From Jimgerdemannia flammicorona (taxonomy: Eukaryota), in contig RBNJ01000042.1 of the NCBI GenBank assembly GCA_003990765.1, positions 1-47,800 of the forward strand: a DNA stretch of 47,800 nt. Reading direction: 5' to 3'. A program made the translations under genes and the position numbers. Of this stretch, positions 22,193 to 33,260 are shown piece by piece (the first letter of the stretch is position 1; every line of letters starts with the position of its first letter). The notes beneath the pieces are model-generated. The model was given only the letters and a program-made list of their open reading frames with translations. It did not search any database and had not been told where the DNA came from.

Positions 22193-25100
22193 ATGGATAT
22201 GAGACCCCCCATATTCCATGGATATATGTCCGATGAATCAATCATCACCTTCATTGATGATTTCGAGCAGTATGCTGCTGTAAGGACCTTAAGTGCAGCA
22301 CAATAAGTAGCCCTACTCTCTATAAGCCTCCGAGGCCTAGCAAGAACTGCATTTACTGCAGCCAATGTACAAGCAGCTGATGATCTAGCAAGAATCATAG
22401 CTTTCAAGACCTGGCTCCAAGCAACCTACTATACAGATGAAATCAAACAGGCACTCAAAGATCAACTGAATACTATCTGCCAAGGAATGTCTGAAGACCC
22501 AAACACATTCTATACAAGAATCCGACATCAAATAGTCCTTACTGACCACCCCAATGCAGTTCAAGACCAAGTGGCCGAGAATACCTTTATGAAAGGCATT
22601 TACCAAGAAATTACTTTAGCCATTCGATCTACCCCAACACTACTGGATGTGGGACAGAAGGATACCTACACCCAAAGATACTGAACTGCCAGATACCCTC
22701 AAGGCCATACAATGGAAAGGATAACTGGAGTAAAAATCAAACAAGCACCAAGAGTCACCAATACAATCCCGGCTACCATAGTCAACCAGAATATACAACT
22801 GCAACTACAAGACCAGAGAAGGGTTGACCCAATGGAGAAACTGGCCAAACAGTTTGCAGAAATGACTGCACACCTCAGCGATGTAGTCAAAGAGTTCAAG
22901 AAGAAGCCAGTATAGAAGTTTGCTGCTACAAATGCAAGATGATCAAAAACATGCTATAACTGTGGAGAAGAAGGCCACTATGCCTCTGAATGCATGACAG
23001 AAACCAAGCAAAAGGCCAATCCAAGCAATGCAACCAAGAACCGTGAATAAGCAAACACTATCACCTTTGAGGAGATTGGAGAATCCAAGGAAGAAAGAGA
23101 GGAATGGGAAGCTTTCCCTGCCACCTCAAGTAAGAAGGATGTCTGATCCAGTCTCTACAAAAGACCTTCAGGCAGACCTCCTAAGAAGGCCCAGACACAG
23201 ACAAAATAACCAGAAACAGTCATCGAAGAAAGAATTCAGCAGAGCAAAGCTGACCAAGATATGGAGCTAGAACAAGATACTGAGCTGGAGCGAGCAGTAG
23301 AAGATATTATTCGAAATACTACCCCATCAAGTGAAGGGAAGAAGGAGCAGAAACTACACAAGAGCAAGACCTTCAAGTATGACATCTTCAAGGACCTCAA
23401 GGACCAAAAGGTCAATACAACCTTTAGCCAGCTGGCTGAAATCCCAATATTTAGACAACAAATGAGGACAGAAATCTTAGACATCAGCAAAGACCAAGGT
23501 TACAGAATAATCGAAGCCAACAATGCACAAGAAGATTCAGATGAAGAAAGTGAAGATAACTGGAAAACATCAGCCTATGCTACCTGCCAGATTGAGGACC
23601 AGGTCTTTGAAGCCATCATTGATATAGGAGTAGGAGGTTGTCTCATCACTAAGAAAGCAGTAGACCACCTAGGCTGGAAGATAGAAGAAGCCATTAAACT
23701 GATATTCATCACAGCTGATGAAATATGAGCAACACCCTTGGGAAAGATCCGAGATGTACTAATCAAGTTCAGAGAGGCCACTATCCCTGTGAATGTTATC
23801 ATCACCAATGCAACCAACTATGATATCCTCATCAGCAATCAATAGCTTCATAAAGCCAAGGCAATGATTGACCTCAGTGCACAGAAGATGCAGATCATCT
23901 ACCAGGGAAAGAAGATCAGAATTCCCATCAATGTCCACAAAGGAGTCTACCCCGAGATGGAGAAAGACCAAAAAGAAGAAGTCTACATAGTTACTACAAA
24001 GAAAGGAAAAGACAAGCAATTGATAGAGGAAGAATGGTATACAAGAATCGCAGATAAATACACCCCACTAAGAAGGTGTCCCCATGATAAAAGAATGTAC
24101 TGTGCCCAGCACTTGGATCACTGCTACTCTTGTATCATTGAGGTGAAGAAGATCACCAACAAGCTAAAGAAGAACCAGGAGGAACTAGAAGATGGACCAC
24201 CAGAGTTATTGGATGACAGTGATAATGAGGATGAAGATATCACAGTCAAGATACGAAGGATTCACCCTGATGCAGTCATACCACAGTATAAGTTGGAGAA
24301 TACAGCTGGAATGGACCTATCTACTATTACACACACAATACTTGAACCACAGACCATTACCATTCTAGAAACAGGAATTGAAGTAACCATCCCACCAAAC
24401 CATGTCAGAATCCTCAAGACAAGGAGTAGCCTGATGAAAAGTGAAATATCTATAGAGTCATCGATTTGGATTATACTGAAGAAATCCTTCTCCTTGCCAG
24501 GAACTACAACCCAACAATCCCATTTGAAGTAAGGAAGAAGGATTGGCTGGCACAAATGCTCATCCTACCTATCCTTAATCCAAGAATCAAGGAGGTTGCA
24601 AACATCAGACAAACTCAGTGAGGGAGAGCTGGATTCAGCTCTACAGGAAGAGGAGTCCTCACAGCAACTAAGATCACCGAATTGGAGCACAAGAAGGAGG
24701 AAAGCCAAGACAAACACATCTATACAATCAGAAGAAACTTCCCCCTCAGGGAAGAATTGCAGAGCCTCTTGCATATATTCGAGAATGTACTGGCCATGGA
24801 TTTCAAGGACATCAATACCAAGAAACCCTTGTATTATCATGATGTCAATACTGGAGATGCAAAGCCAATCTATCAGAAGGCCTGCCCCATTCCACCAGCA
24901 TACAGAGAATGGCTCAAGACAGAGATCAAGGAAATGGAGGAATCTGGTATCATTGAAGAAGCCAGCAGCCCTTGGTCCTCTCCCATCATCCTTGTACTAA
25001 AGAAAGGAAGCCAACTAGGAGAATTTATACCAAGACTCTGCACAAACTATAGAAGACTCAATGAGGTCACAGAGAAGGACAGACAACCATTGCCAAACAT

Positions 25101-26169
25101 TGGCGATATTCTTATCATGCTGGAGAATGAATCACAATTCTACACCACTCTGGATCTGTTCTCAGGATTCTACCAAATCAGCCTTACACCTGAAGCCAGC
25201 AAAAGATCAGCCTTCATCACTCCCGATGAAACCTATGTCTATCTTCGCATGCCCTTTGGAATGTGCAATGCACCAGCAAGCTTCCAGTGAATGATGAATA
25301 GCATCTTCAGGGATGTTATGGAAAAATGGATGATGGTATATGTAGATGATGTAATCATCTTCAGCCGAACAGTCAAGGAGTACTTGGAACATGTTGAGGA
25401 AATCCTCAGAAGGCTTCCCAAATATGGCCTCTACATCAAGCCCAAGAAATGCAAGTTCAGAGAAAAAGAGATTGCATGCCTTGGACACATTATTAACTGT
25501 AAAGGAATACACACAGATCCCACAAAGATCAAAGCAGTAGCAGCATACCCAGTACCTATCAGCATCATAGAAGCCTGAGCCTTCATGGGACTTGTATCCT
25601 ACTACAGAAGATTTATTAGAAGATTCTCCCACATTGCCAGCCCTATCTATGATCTATTCAGAAAAGAGGTTAAGTTCCAGTGGACTCAGCAGCAGCAACT
25701 AGTCTTTGATGAGCTCAAGACCAGATTGACCCAGGCCCCAATCTTGAGAAGACCTGACTGAACTCAGGAGTTTATTCTGCAAACAGATGCCAGTGCAATG
25801 GGACTTGGAGCTGTCCTTGCACAAAAGAAAAATGGTGCCGAATATGTGGTAGCCTATCTCAGCTGAGGTACTCGTGGGGCAGAGCAGTCCTATGAATCTT
25901 ATAAGCTGGAATGCCTTGCAGTCATCTGGGCTATAGGGAAGTTCCACTACTATCTGGCTGGCAGACACTTCACTATTCAGACAGATTATTTGGCACTCAC
26001 CTAGTTGCTCACTACCAGTGAGCCCAAAGGAATCTATACCTGATGGCTCATGAAGCTGCAAGCATATGATGCCATGATCACCCACTGCCCTGGAAGAACC
26101 AATGCCAATGCTAATGCCCTCTCATGGACACTCCAAAGGACCCCACCCCCACAAAATCACCATGAATAA
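22193..26169 (+). pseudogene. gag-pol: B1 ORF1: gag-PR-Cys/His linker-dUTPase-RT-RNase H (single ancestral frame)
   Basis: PPIFHG..FIDDFE, CYNCGEEGHYASEC, IIDIG (IIDTGA in B2), LDLFSGFYQI, MPFG, YVDD, TDAS, ANALS. Fragments at 22487, 22712, 23261 and 23864 share one frame. The frameshift in the dUTPase is absent from B2. Confidence 0.9.
24239..24648 (+). pseudogene. dut: B1 dUTPase domain between PR and RT (small frameshifting deletion)
   Basis: AGMDL, TGIEV, RSSL, VIDLDYT, LAQML, GFSSTG. Confidence 0.9.
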
Positions 26170-27354
26170 GGAGCTGTACTATGGAATCATCAGCTATCTG
26201 AGGCAGCGAAAGATGCCCCCACATCTGGAAGAATGGACAAAAACAATTATTAATTGGACATGGAAACAATTCGAAACTGATGGAGAAACACTCAAGAAAG
26301 GACAACAATTAGTCATCCCCGAGCACCGGAAGAATTAAGTGATGAAAGAAGTATATGAACAGGGTCATGTAGAAGGAACAAATATGTATGATAAAGCAAG
26401 AAGAACCATGTGGTGGTCTGGAATGGAAGAAGATATCAGACAATTTGTTAGAACCTGTGACAAATGTCAGAAACAGAAACAAGACTGATGGGATCAAGCC
26501 CCTGGATCAGTAGACATCGAACCAATACTATTTGCCCACATTGCAATAGATGTAATTGGCCCTCTACCCCTAACATTGACTGGCAACTGATATGTCATTG
26601 TAATAGTAGACCTGTTTACAAAATAGGTAGAGGCTGGGCTGCTCAAGGAAGCCAATGCATAGTTAATTGCCGATTTCTTGCACAGAGAAATCATCTGCCA
26701 ATTCAAGACCCCAAAGCAAGTTACCACAGACAGAGGAACAGAATTTATCAACCAGTTTTATGAGATTCTTTACAAGAAGTACAAGATCCAATACTCAAGA
26801 CCACTGTATATCACCTATAAGGAAATGGACAAGCAGAGAGAACTAACAAGACCCTCAAGAACATCATCGCCAAGATCTGTGATGAATATGGAAACTGGGA
26901 CCACTATCTTCCAATAGCATTATCCACTCTGTGGGACATACAATCACAAAGTACCCATTTTATACCATGAGAAATGCTATTCAGCGAAGAAAGTTCTGGT
27001 GGAAGTTTGTTAGCAAGTAATAATGTAATTTGGAAGCATGTGGACACGGAGATATGGAGATTGCACCAGATCAGAAAAAAGGCAGAGGATTACATAATCA
27101 AGGCGCAGGCACTACAATGGAACAATGCAGAAAAAACCCACAAGCCCCTGGAGATTATCAAGATAGGAGATGAAGTCCTAGTATATCAGAACATGGTAGA
27201 AGCTTCTTGGTCATGAAAATTGGAGCCTAAGTGGGAGGGACCTTATCTGGTACAAGATATAAAAGGGACTACTTTCTGGCTATGAAAGCCCTCAGGTACA
27301 ATAATCCCCCCCACCATTCATCGAAACCAACTCAAGAAGTACCATGGCCAATAA
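26162..27354 (+). pseudogene. B1 integrase, in a frame separate from RT-RH
   Basis: MNKELYYGIISYL..., H..WWSGM..CDKCQ, IDVIGP, TDRGTEF, GQAER, WEGPY, LKKYHGQ*. A few stops and a 1-nt deletion relative to B2. Confidence 0.88.
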
Positions 27355-27805
27355 CCGAAGCACCGCAATGGCACTCAAGATCATTAGTGCTGCCCAAAGA
27401 GCCATTAAAAGACAATGGCACACCACCAAGCCTCTGACCATAGAGGCATACTATGAGGATATTCAGAGCATTGTGCAGACTCATCTCTCTCAGATCTCAC
27501 ACTTTAGAGCCTATCAGTATCGGGCAGAATTCCAAGAGTACTTCAAGCTTGGGCAGGTGCTCAATCAGGATCCAGCAAAGACCAAAGAGGACTGGATTGC
27601 TGAGTGTCAACTCTCCCACTCACAGATCACTATTGCCAAAAGGATCTACAAGTTATTCCAAGAAGATGAATCAGCAATAGATCACCTGAGAGGAGTAACC
27701 CCCATCAACTTCGAGAAAGTAAGAAAACATTATTGGGAAACAGTCATGCAGCAAATTGCACAGTATAAGACCATACAGACAGTTGAAACCTGGGAGTTTG
27801 AATAG
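27344..27805 (+). CDS. Extra 153-aa ORF of unknown function between integrase and PPT
   Basis: Uninterrupted ATG-TAG ORF with ACCATGG context. Equal-length (462 nt) homolog in B2. Confidence 0.8.
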   Translation: MANNRSTAMALKIISAAQRAIKRQWHTTKPLTIEAYYEDIQSIVQTHLSQISHFRAYQYRAEFQEYFKLGQVLNQDPAKTKEDWIAECQLSHSQITIAKRIYKLFQEDESAIDHLRGVTPINFEKVRKHYWETVMQQIAQYKTIQTVETWEFE

Positions 27806-27832
27806 ATGTCTCAGGGATGAGACCATCTATTC

Positions 27833-27841
27833 AGGAGGAAG
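27833..27841 (+). promoter_or_regulatory. B1 polypurine tract
   Basis: AGGAGGAAG immediately before the 3' LTR. AGAAGAAAG in B2. Confidence 0.75.
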
Positions 27842-27842
27842 T

Positions 27843-28298
27843 TGTGATGGTATAGCCGAATTAGGAAGAAGAAAATAAGGAATAGACACTTGATCACACC
27901 CATTCCCAAAGTAGTATAGCTTTATAGTTAGCAGTCGCCAATTTCGACATTGTCTAAATTTCTAGACATTGTCCAAATTGAACACCCTGATTTAGTATAG
28001 TATTTTGACATTGTCTAAATTTCTAGACATTGTCTAAATGACTCATAACTTAGCCGCATAACTCAGTAGCCATCTCATAGCTAGCAAACTTGTATAAATA
28101 ACCCAGTATCTTCAAGTGAATAAACCTCAGATCGAAAGTATTAGAAAAAGAACAAGTATACCGATAAAAGGACCTTCAGGATTACCTCTTTAAACACATT
28201 TGGCCTCAAGGAACTACTGATTCTGGGAGTCAAGAAGACAAGAATTCAAAATAAAGAAATCTGATATACTTGCACATCTTAGTATCCACTATATTACA
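27843..28298 (+). repeat. B1 3' LTR (456 bp)
   Basis: TGTGATGG...ATTACA, direct repeat of the 5' LTR. Confidence 0.93.
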
Positions 28299-29677
28299 GT
28301 ATAGAGAGAGACTTGATTCTTATATCAAGGACTGAACTAAAACTCCAGAAGTCTAGCTAGCTTCTGTCAGAACTGAGACCAGTATATAAATAAGTAAACT
28401 CCTTATTGAATCTGAATTTTAAGGTGAATTCAGTCTGTATATAGTAAATAATAAGTTTCTTATAATTACAGTTAATAAGAAGGACACTACTACTACAACT
28501 ACTTTCTAGTGAGCACTTCCTCACACTGAAGGCTTCTTGGTACACACTATGTACTAAGTCTCTAAGTAATACCTTGATTCTCTAATTATCCAAAGAATAA
28601 GAGAGTGGTAGAAATAAGAGTTATTATAACTTAGTAGTAGCAGATGGTTACTAAGCCAAGAAGGCATCAAGAACATACTTCTGAGAAGTTGAAACAAGAC
28701 CAACCTTGGACATGAGTAACCCCAGAACCAACTGTGGATTTCTCAGGAACAAACTCCCAAACCAGAGCCAGATAAGCTATTGTCATTAGGACTAGGTGAA
28801 CCTAGGAAACCACTGACCCAGGAATCCACTAGTAAGTAATTGACCAGGCATACAGAGATCTATATGAGACCTTTAGAACTTTCCACCCAGGTCTTAGAAA
28901 TATAGTCAGCTACTATAGATTCTATACACTTCTCTATAACCACCTTGGAATCACTAAGACTCAAGAATCTACTACTGTAGCTACCCAGAAATATCTAGAC
29001 TATATCTTACCCCCTATAGTAAGAGAAGTAGCTGCTGAGTGGATTGTATCTAACAGATACCACTATACTCCTACCTAGACCTCTCTCTACTACAGACTAG
29101 TTGTTTAATATGCCTCTGCCATAATAAGATATAAGAATAAGTAAGCAGGCCACTCATCCCCTACTGCTGATTAAGAAGTAGGCCCATCTATTTAATCAAA
29201 AGTAGATATCCTCTTTGAAGGACCTAGTCAGTACAAGAATATACTATCTTATCAGAGAAGGGAGTTAGATAAAGACTCTGCAGAATACTAGTCTAATGAT
29301 AGTCAATAAGAAATAGCAGATCTAGGAATTTATCAAAAATCTACAGATTGAGAAGACTAGATCCCAGAACCAATCCAGTCATCTATATAGAGATTTGGTT
29401 TATCTACTCTTACAGGACTCTTTGATCTGATCTCTGAGAATCAAGTAACCCCAAGTCATACAGTACTACAACCTCATCAGACAGAACTATCTTCAGGAGA
29501 ATCTACCCCCACAGATCCACTATCAATAGTCAATATAATGGTAGATACCAATATTGTAGCTCTGACTATCTAGATAGCTACACTAGCAGAGATAGTAGGA
29601 TAAATTACCAAACAGAACAACTAATCAAAACCTTGAGAATTTTCACTTTTAGTGAAAGAAACAGCAATATTGAAACC

Positions 29678-29789
29678 TTTTTTTTTTTTTTTTTTTTTTT
29701 TTATAGTCACTTGGACTTCTTTCCTTTATTATGCCCATCTATTCCATATAAATACAGTGATCTCACCTCCTATCTGATCCCCCTAAGGG
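29678..29789 (-). mobile_element. ~110-bp extremely 5'-truncated LINE (3' end plus poly(A))
   Basis: T25 at 29678-29702, then ATAGTCACTTGGAC..TTTATT as in the other LINE 3' ends. TSD GCAATATTGAAACC(TTT) at 29664-29680 and 29790-29806. Confidence 0.92.
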
Positions 29790-31103
29790 GCAATATTGAA
29801 ACCTTTATCAATGCAATTGATACAGAATACTGAGTAAACCAATAGAATGATAATCTAGTATCTACTGAGATACTCACCAATAACTAAGACAATACCCTTC
29901 AACAGTTGTTTGCCATATCAGCAGTATAAGTAGAAACAGTAGTAATATTCTTTACTAGAATAGCATTTAAGTTCTGATATATCCTAAAAGAACACCCAGT
30001 AATCTGGAAAGACTGCTCTCAAGTTAATAGACAGATACTTACCTATAACAGACCAGGTTGGGATGACTATATAGTAGGCCCAGGACTTAAGGCCCTATAA
30101 CTGACCAAATTCTAAAATATAGCCTATATATAAGAAACTTAGAACAAATAGGCCCAGATGAAGTTCTACAAGAATGGTGAGGAGGACCTAGAAATCTTTA
30201 TTACTAAGATGGATATATATCTCAAGACTATTAGACTTATCTACTAGGAAAACAATTTGGCCATCAATGATACTAGAACTAACTATCTCTTTGCAATCCT
30301 ACCAGACTAGCTCACCTAGAAGATTAAGAAACAAGGCCTCCTCCAAGGATATCTCCACCACTCATAGTACTTTGCCTAGATATAAAGAAGAGTCTGTGAA
30401 ATCCTTGCTACATAGGCCCCACAAAACTCAGAATATAAGAAAGATAACCAAGATAGGAGAAATCTCACCAGAAGGAATAATTAAAGAAATAATCAAAGGA
30501 ATAACCAAAAGAACCAGTAAACCCCAAAGGACCAAGACCTCTCAATGAGGATAAAAAGAAGCAGCTTCATGAAAAAGGATTGTACTTCATTTGTAAGAAG
30601 ATAGAAAATATCTCAGTCAGATACTCAGAGAAGAGAAATAGATCAGATAAATCTAGTAACTAGAATATTACTATCATTAGAGAAGGCTCAGGAAAGAAGA
30701 ATCCTAAGAATATCATTAAAGTATAGAAGATATGGTATAAGGCTACTATCTATACTAAGGCTCATCTTACTGATATAGGATATAACCTCTACAGTAGTCA
30801 AGATCTCACTATTCTACTATATACCAATGCTATAGTATATACTGAAATTGTAATACAAGCCTCCAAAGAAACATATATCTGTTTTGCTGAATAAAGCAAT
30901 CTGGCCAAAGAATTCAACATTGAGCTAGAAGGAGGAGTAGTTGACCAAGGATTTACTGGTGAAATCTATATCATCTTGCAAAATTTTAGAGATACCTCCT
31001 TTGAAGTCAAAGTAGGTCAAAGAATTATCCAGACAATCATTAAAAAAATTCATTAAGATTTTATTATTGAAGAAGTCCCTGAGCTCTTCCAGACAGACTA
31101 TAG

Positions 31104-31578
31104 TGTAACGTAGCAGACACTAAGATGGACAAGTATGTCGGATTTCTTTATCTTGAATTCTTGTCTTCTTGACTCCCAGAGTCAGTAGTTTCTTGAGGCT
31201 AAATGTGTTTAAAGAGATAATCCCGAAGGTCCTTTTATTGGTATACTTGTTCTTTTTCTAACACTTTTGATCTGAGGTTTATTCACTCGAAGATACTGGG
31301 TTATTTATACAAGTTTGCTAGCTATGAGATGGCTACTGAGTTATGTGGCTAAGTTGTGAGTCATTTAGACAATGTCTAGAAATTTAGACAATGTTGAAAT
31401 GCTATACTAAATTGGGATGTTCGATTTGGATAATGTCTAAGAATTTAGACAATGTCTAAGAATTTAGACAATGTCGAAATTCAGGACTGCTAACTATAAG
31501 ACTATACTACTTTGGGACTGGGTGCAATCAAGTGTCTATTCCCTATTTCCTTCTTCCAAATTTGGCTGTACTGTCACA
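31104..31578 (-). repeat. B2 3' LTR (475 bp)
   Basis: TG...CA termini; repeat of 37330-37823. Confidence 0.93.
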
Positions 31579-31615
31579 ACTTTCTTCTAAATAGATGGTC
31601 TCATCTCTGAGGCAT

Positions 31616-32077
31616 CTATTTAAACTCCCAGGCTTCAACTATCTGTATGGTCTTGTACTGTGCAATTTGCTGCATGACTGTTTCCCAATGATGTCTTCTC
31701 ACTTTCTTGAAGTTGGTGGGGGTTACTCCTCTCAGGTGGTCTATTGCTGGTTCATCTTCTCAGAATAACTTGTAGATCCTTTTGGCAATAGTGATCTGTG
31801 AGTGGAAGAGTTGATACTCAGCAATCCAGTCCTCTTTGGTCTTTGCTGGATCCTGATTGAGCATCTGTCCAAGCTTGAAGTACTCTTGGAATTCTGCCTG
31901 ATATTGATAGGCTCTAAAGTGTGAGATCTGAGAGAGATGAGTCTGCACAATACTCTGAATATCCTCATAGTATGCCTCTATGGTCGGAGGCTCGGTGGTA
32001 TGCCATTGTCTTTTGATGGCTCTTTGGGCAGCACTAGTGATCTTGAGTGCTATCACAGTGCTTCAGTTATTAGCCAT
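31616..32077 (-). pseudogene. B2 copy of the extra 153-codon ORF (premature stops)
   Basis: Near-identical peptide ALKITSAAQRAIKRQWHTT...IAKRIYKLF. Stops are TGA from CGA-type codons. Confidence 0.82.
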
Positions 32078-33260
32078 GGTACTTCTTGAGTCGGTTTCGA
32101 TGAATGGTGGTAGGGATTATTGTGCCTGAGGGCTTTCGTAGCCGGAAAGTAGTCCCTTTTATATCTTGTACCAGATAAGATTCTTCCCACTTGGGCTCTA
32201 GTTTTCGTGACCAAGAAGCTTCTACCATGTTCCGATAAACTAGGACTTCATCTCCTATCTTGATAATCTCCAGGGGCTTGTGGGTCTTTTCCACATTGTT
32301 TCATTGCAGTGCCTGCACCTTAATTATATAATCCTCTGCCTTTTTCCTGATCTGGTGCAATCTCCATATCTCCATGTCCACATGCTTCCAAATTGCATCA
32401 TTACTTACTGACAAACTTCCACCAGAACTTTCTTCACCGAATAGCATTTCTCATGGTGTAAAATGGGTACTTTGTGATCATATGTCCTGCAGAGTGGATA
32501 ATGCTATTGGAAGATAGTGGTCCCAGTTTCCGTATTCATCACAGATCTTAGCGATGATGTTCTTGAGGGTCTTGTTGGTTCTCTCTGCTTATCCGTTCCC
32601 TTGTGGGTGATATGCAGTAGTCTTGATGTATTGGATCTTGTACTTCTTGTAAAGAATCTCATGAAACTGGTTGATAAATTCTGTTCCTCTGTCCATGGTA
32701 ACTTGCTTTGGGGTCTTGAATCGGCAGATGATTTCTCTGTGCAAGAAATCGGCAATTGACTGTGCATTGGCTTCCTTGAGTGGCCCAGCCTCTACCCATT
32801 TTGTAAACAGGTCTACTATTACAATGATATATCAGTTGCCAGTCAATGTTAGGGGTAGGGGGCCAATTACATCCATTGCAATGTAGGCAAATGGTATCGG
32901 TTCAATGTCTGCTAATCCAGGGGCTTGATCTTATCAGTCTTGTTTCTGTTTCTGGCATTTGTCATAGGTCCTGACAAATTGTCTGATATCTTCTTCCATT
33001 CCAGGCCACCACAAGGTTCTTCTCACTTTTTCAAATGTGTTTGTTCCTCCTATGTGACCTTGTTTGTGTATTTCTTTCATCACTTGATTCTTCCAGTGCT
33101 CGGGGATGACTAATTGTTGTCCTTTCTTAAGTATTTCTCTATCAGTTTCGAATTGTTTCCATGTTTGATTAATAATTATTTTTGTCCATTCTTCCAGATG
33201 CGGGGGCATCTTTTGCTGCCCCAGGTAGCTGATGATTCCATAGTACAGCTCCTTATTAAT
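32067..33260 (-). pseudogene. B2 integrase, in a frame separate from RT-RH
   Basis: HKQGHIGG..WWPGM..DKCQ (HHCC), MDVIGP, DRGTEF, WEESY, RNRLKKYHG. Confidence 0.88.

Larger units (their letters stand above)
21699..28298 (+). mobile_element. Complete Ty3/gypsy element, family B, copy B1 (6.6 kb)
   Basis: Two TG...CA LTRs, PBS, PPT and all pol domains. 4-bp TSD ATAT/GTAT with one transition. Confidence 0.95.

Noticed and set aside
27344-27805. env gene
   Set aside because: Too short, with no hydrophobic signal or TM segment visible.
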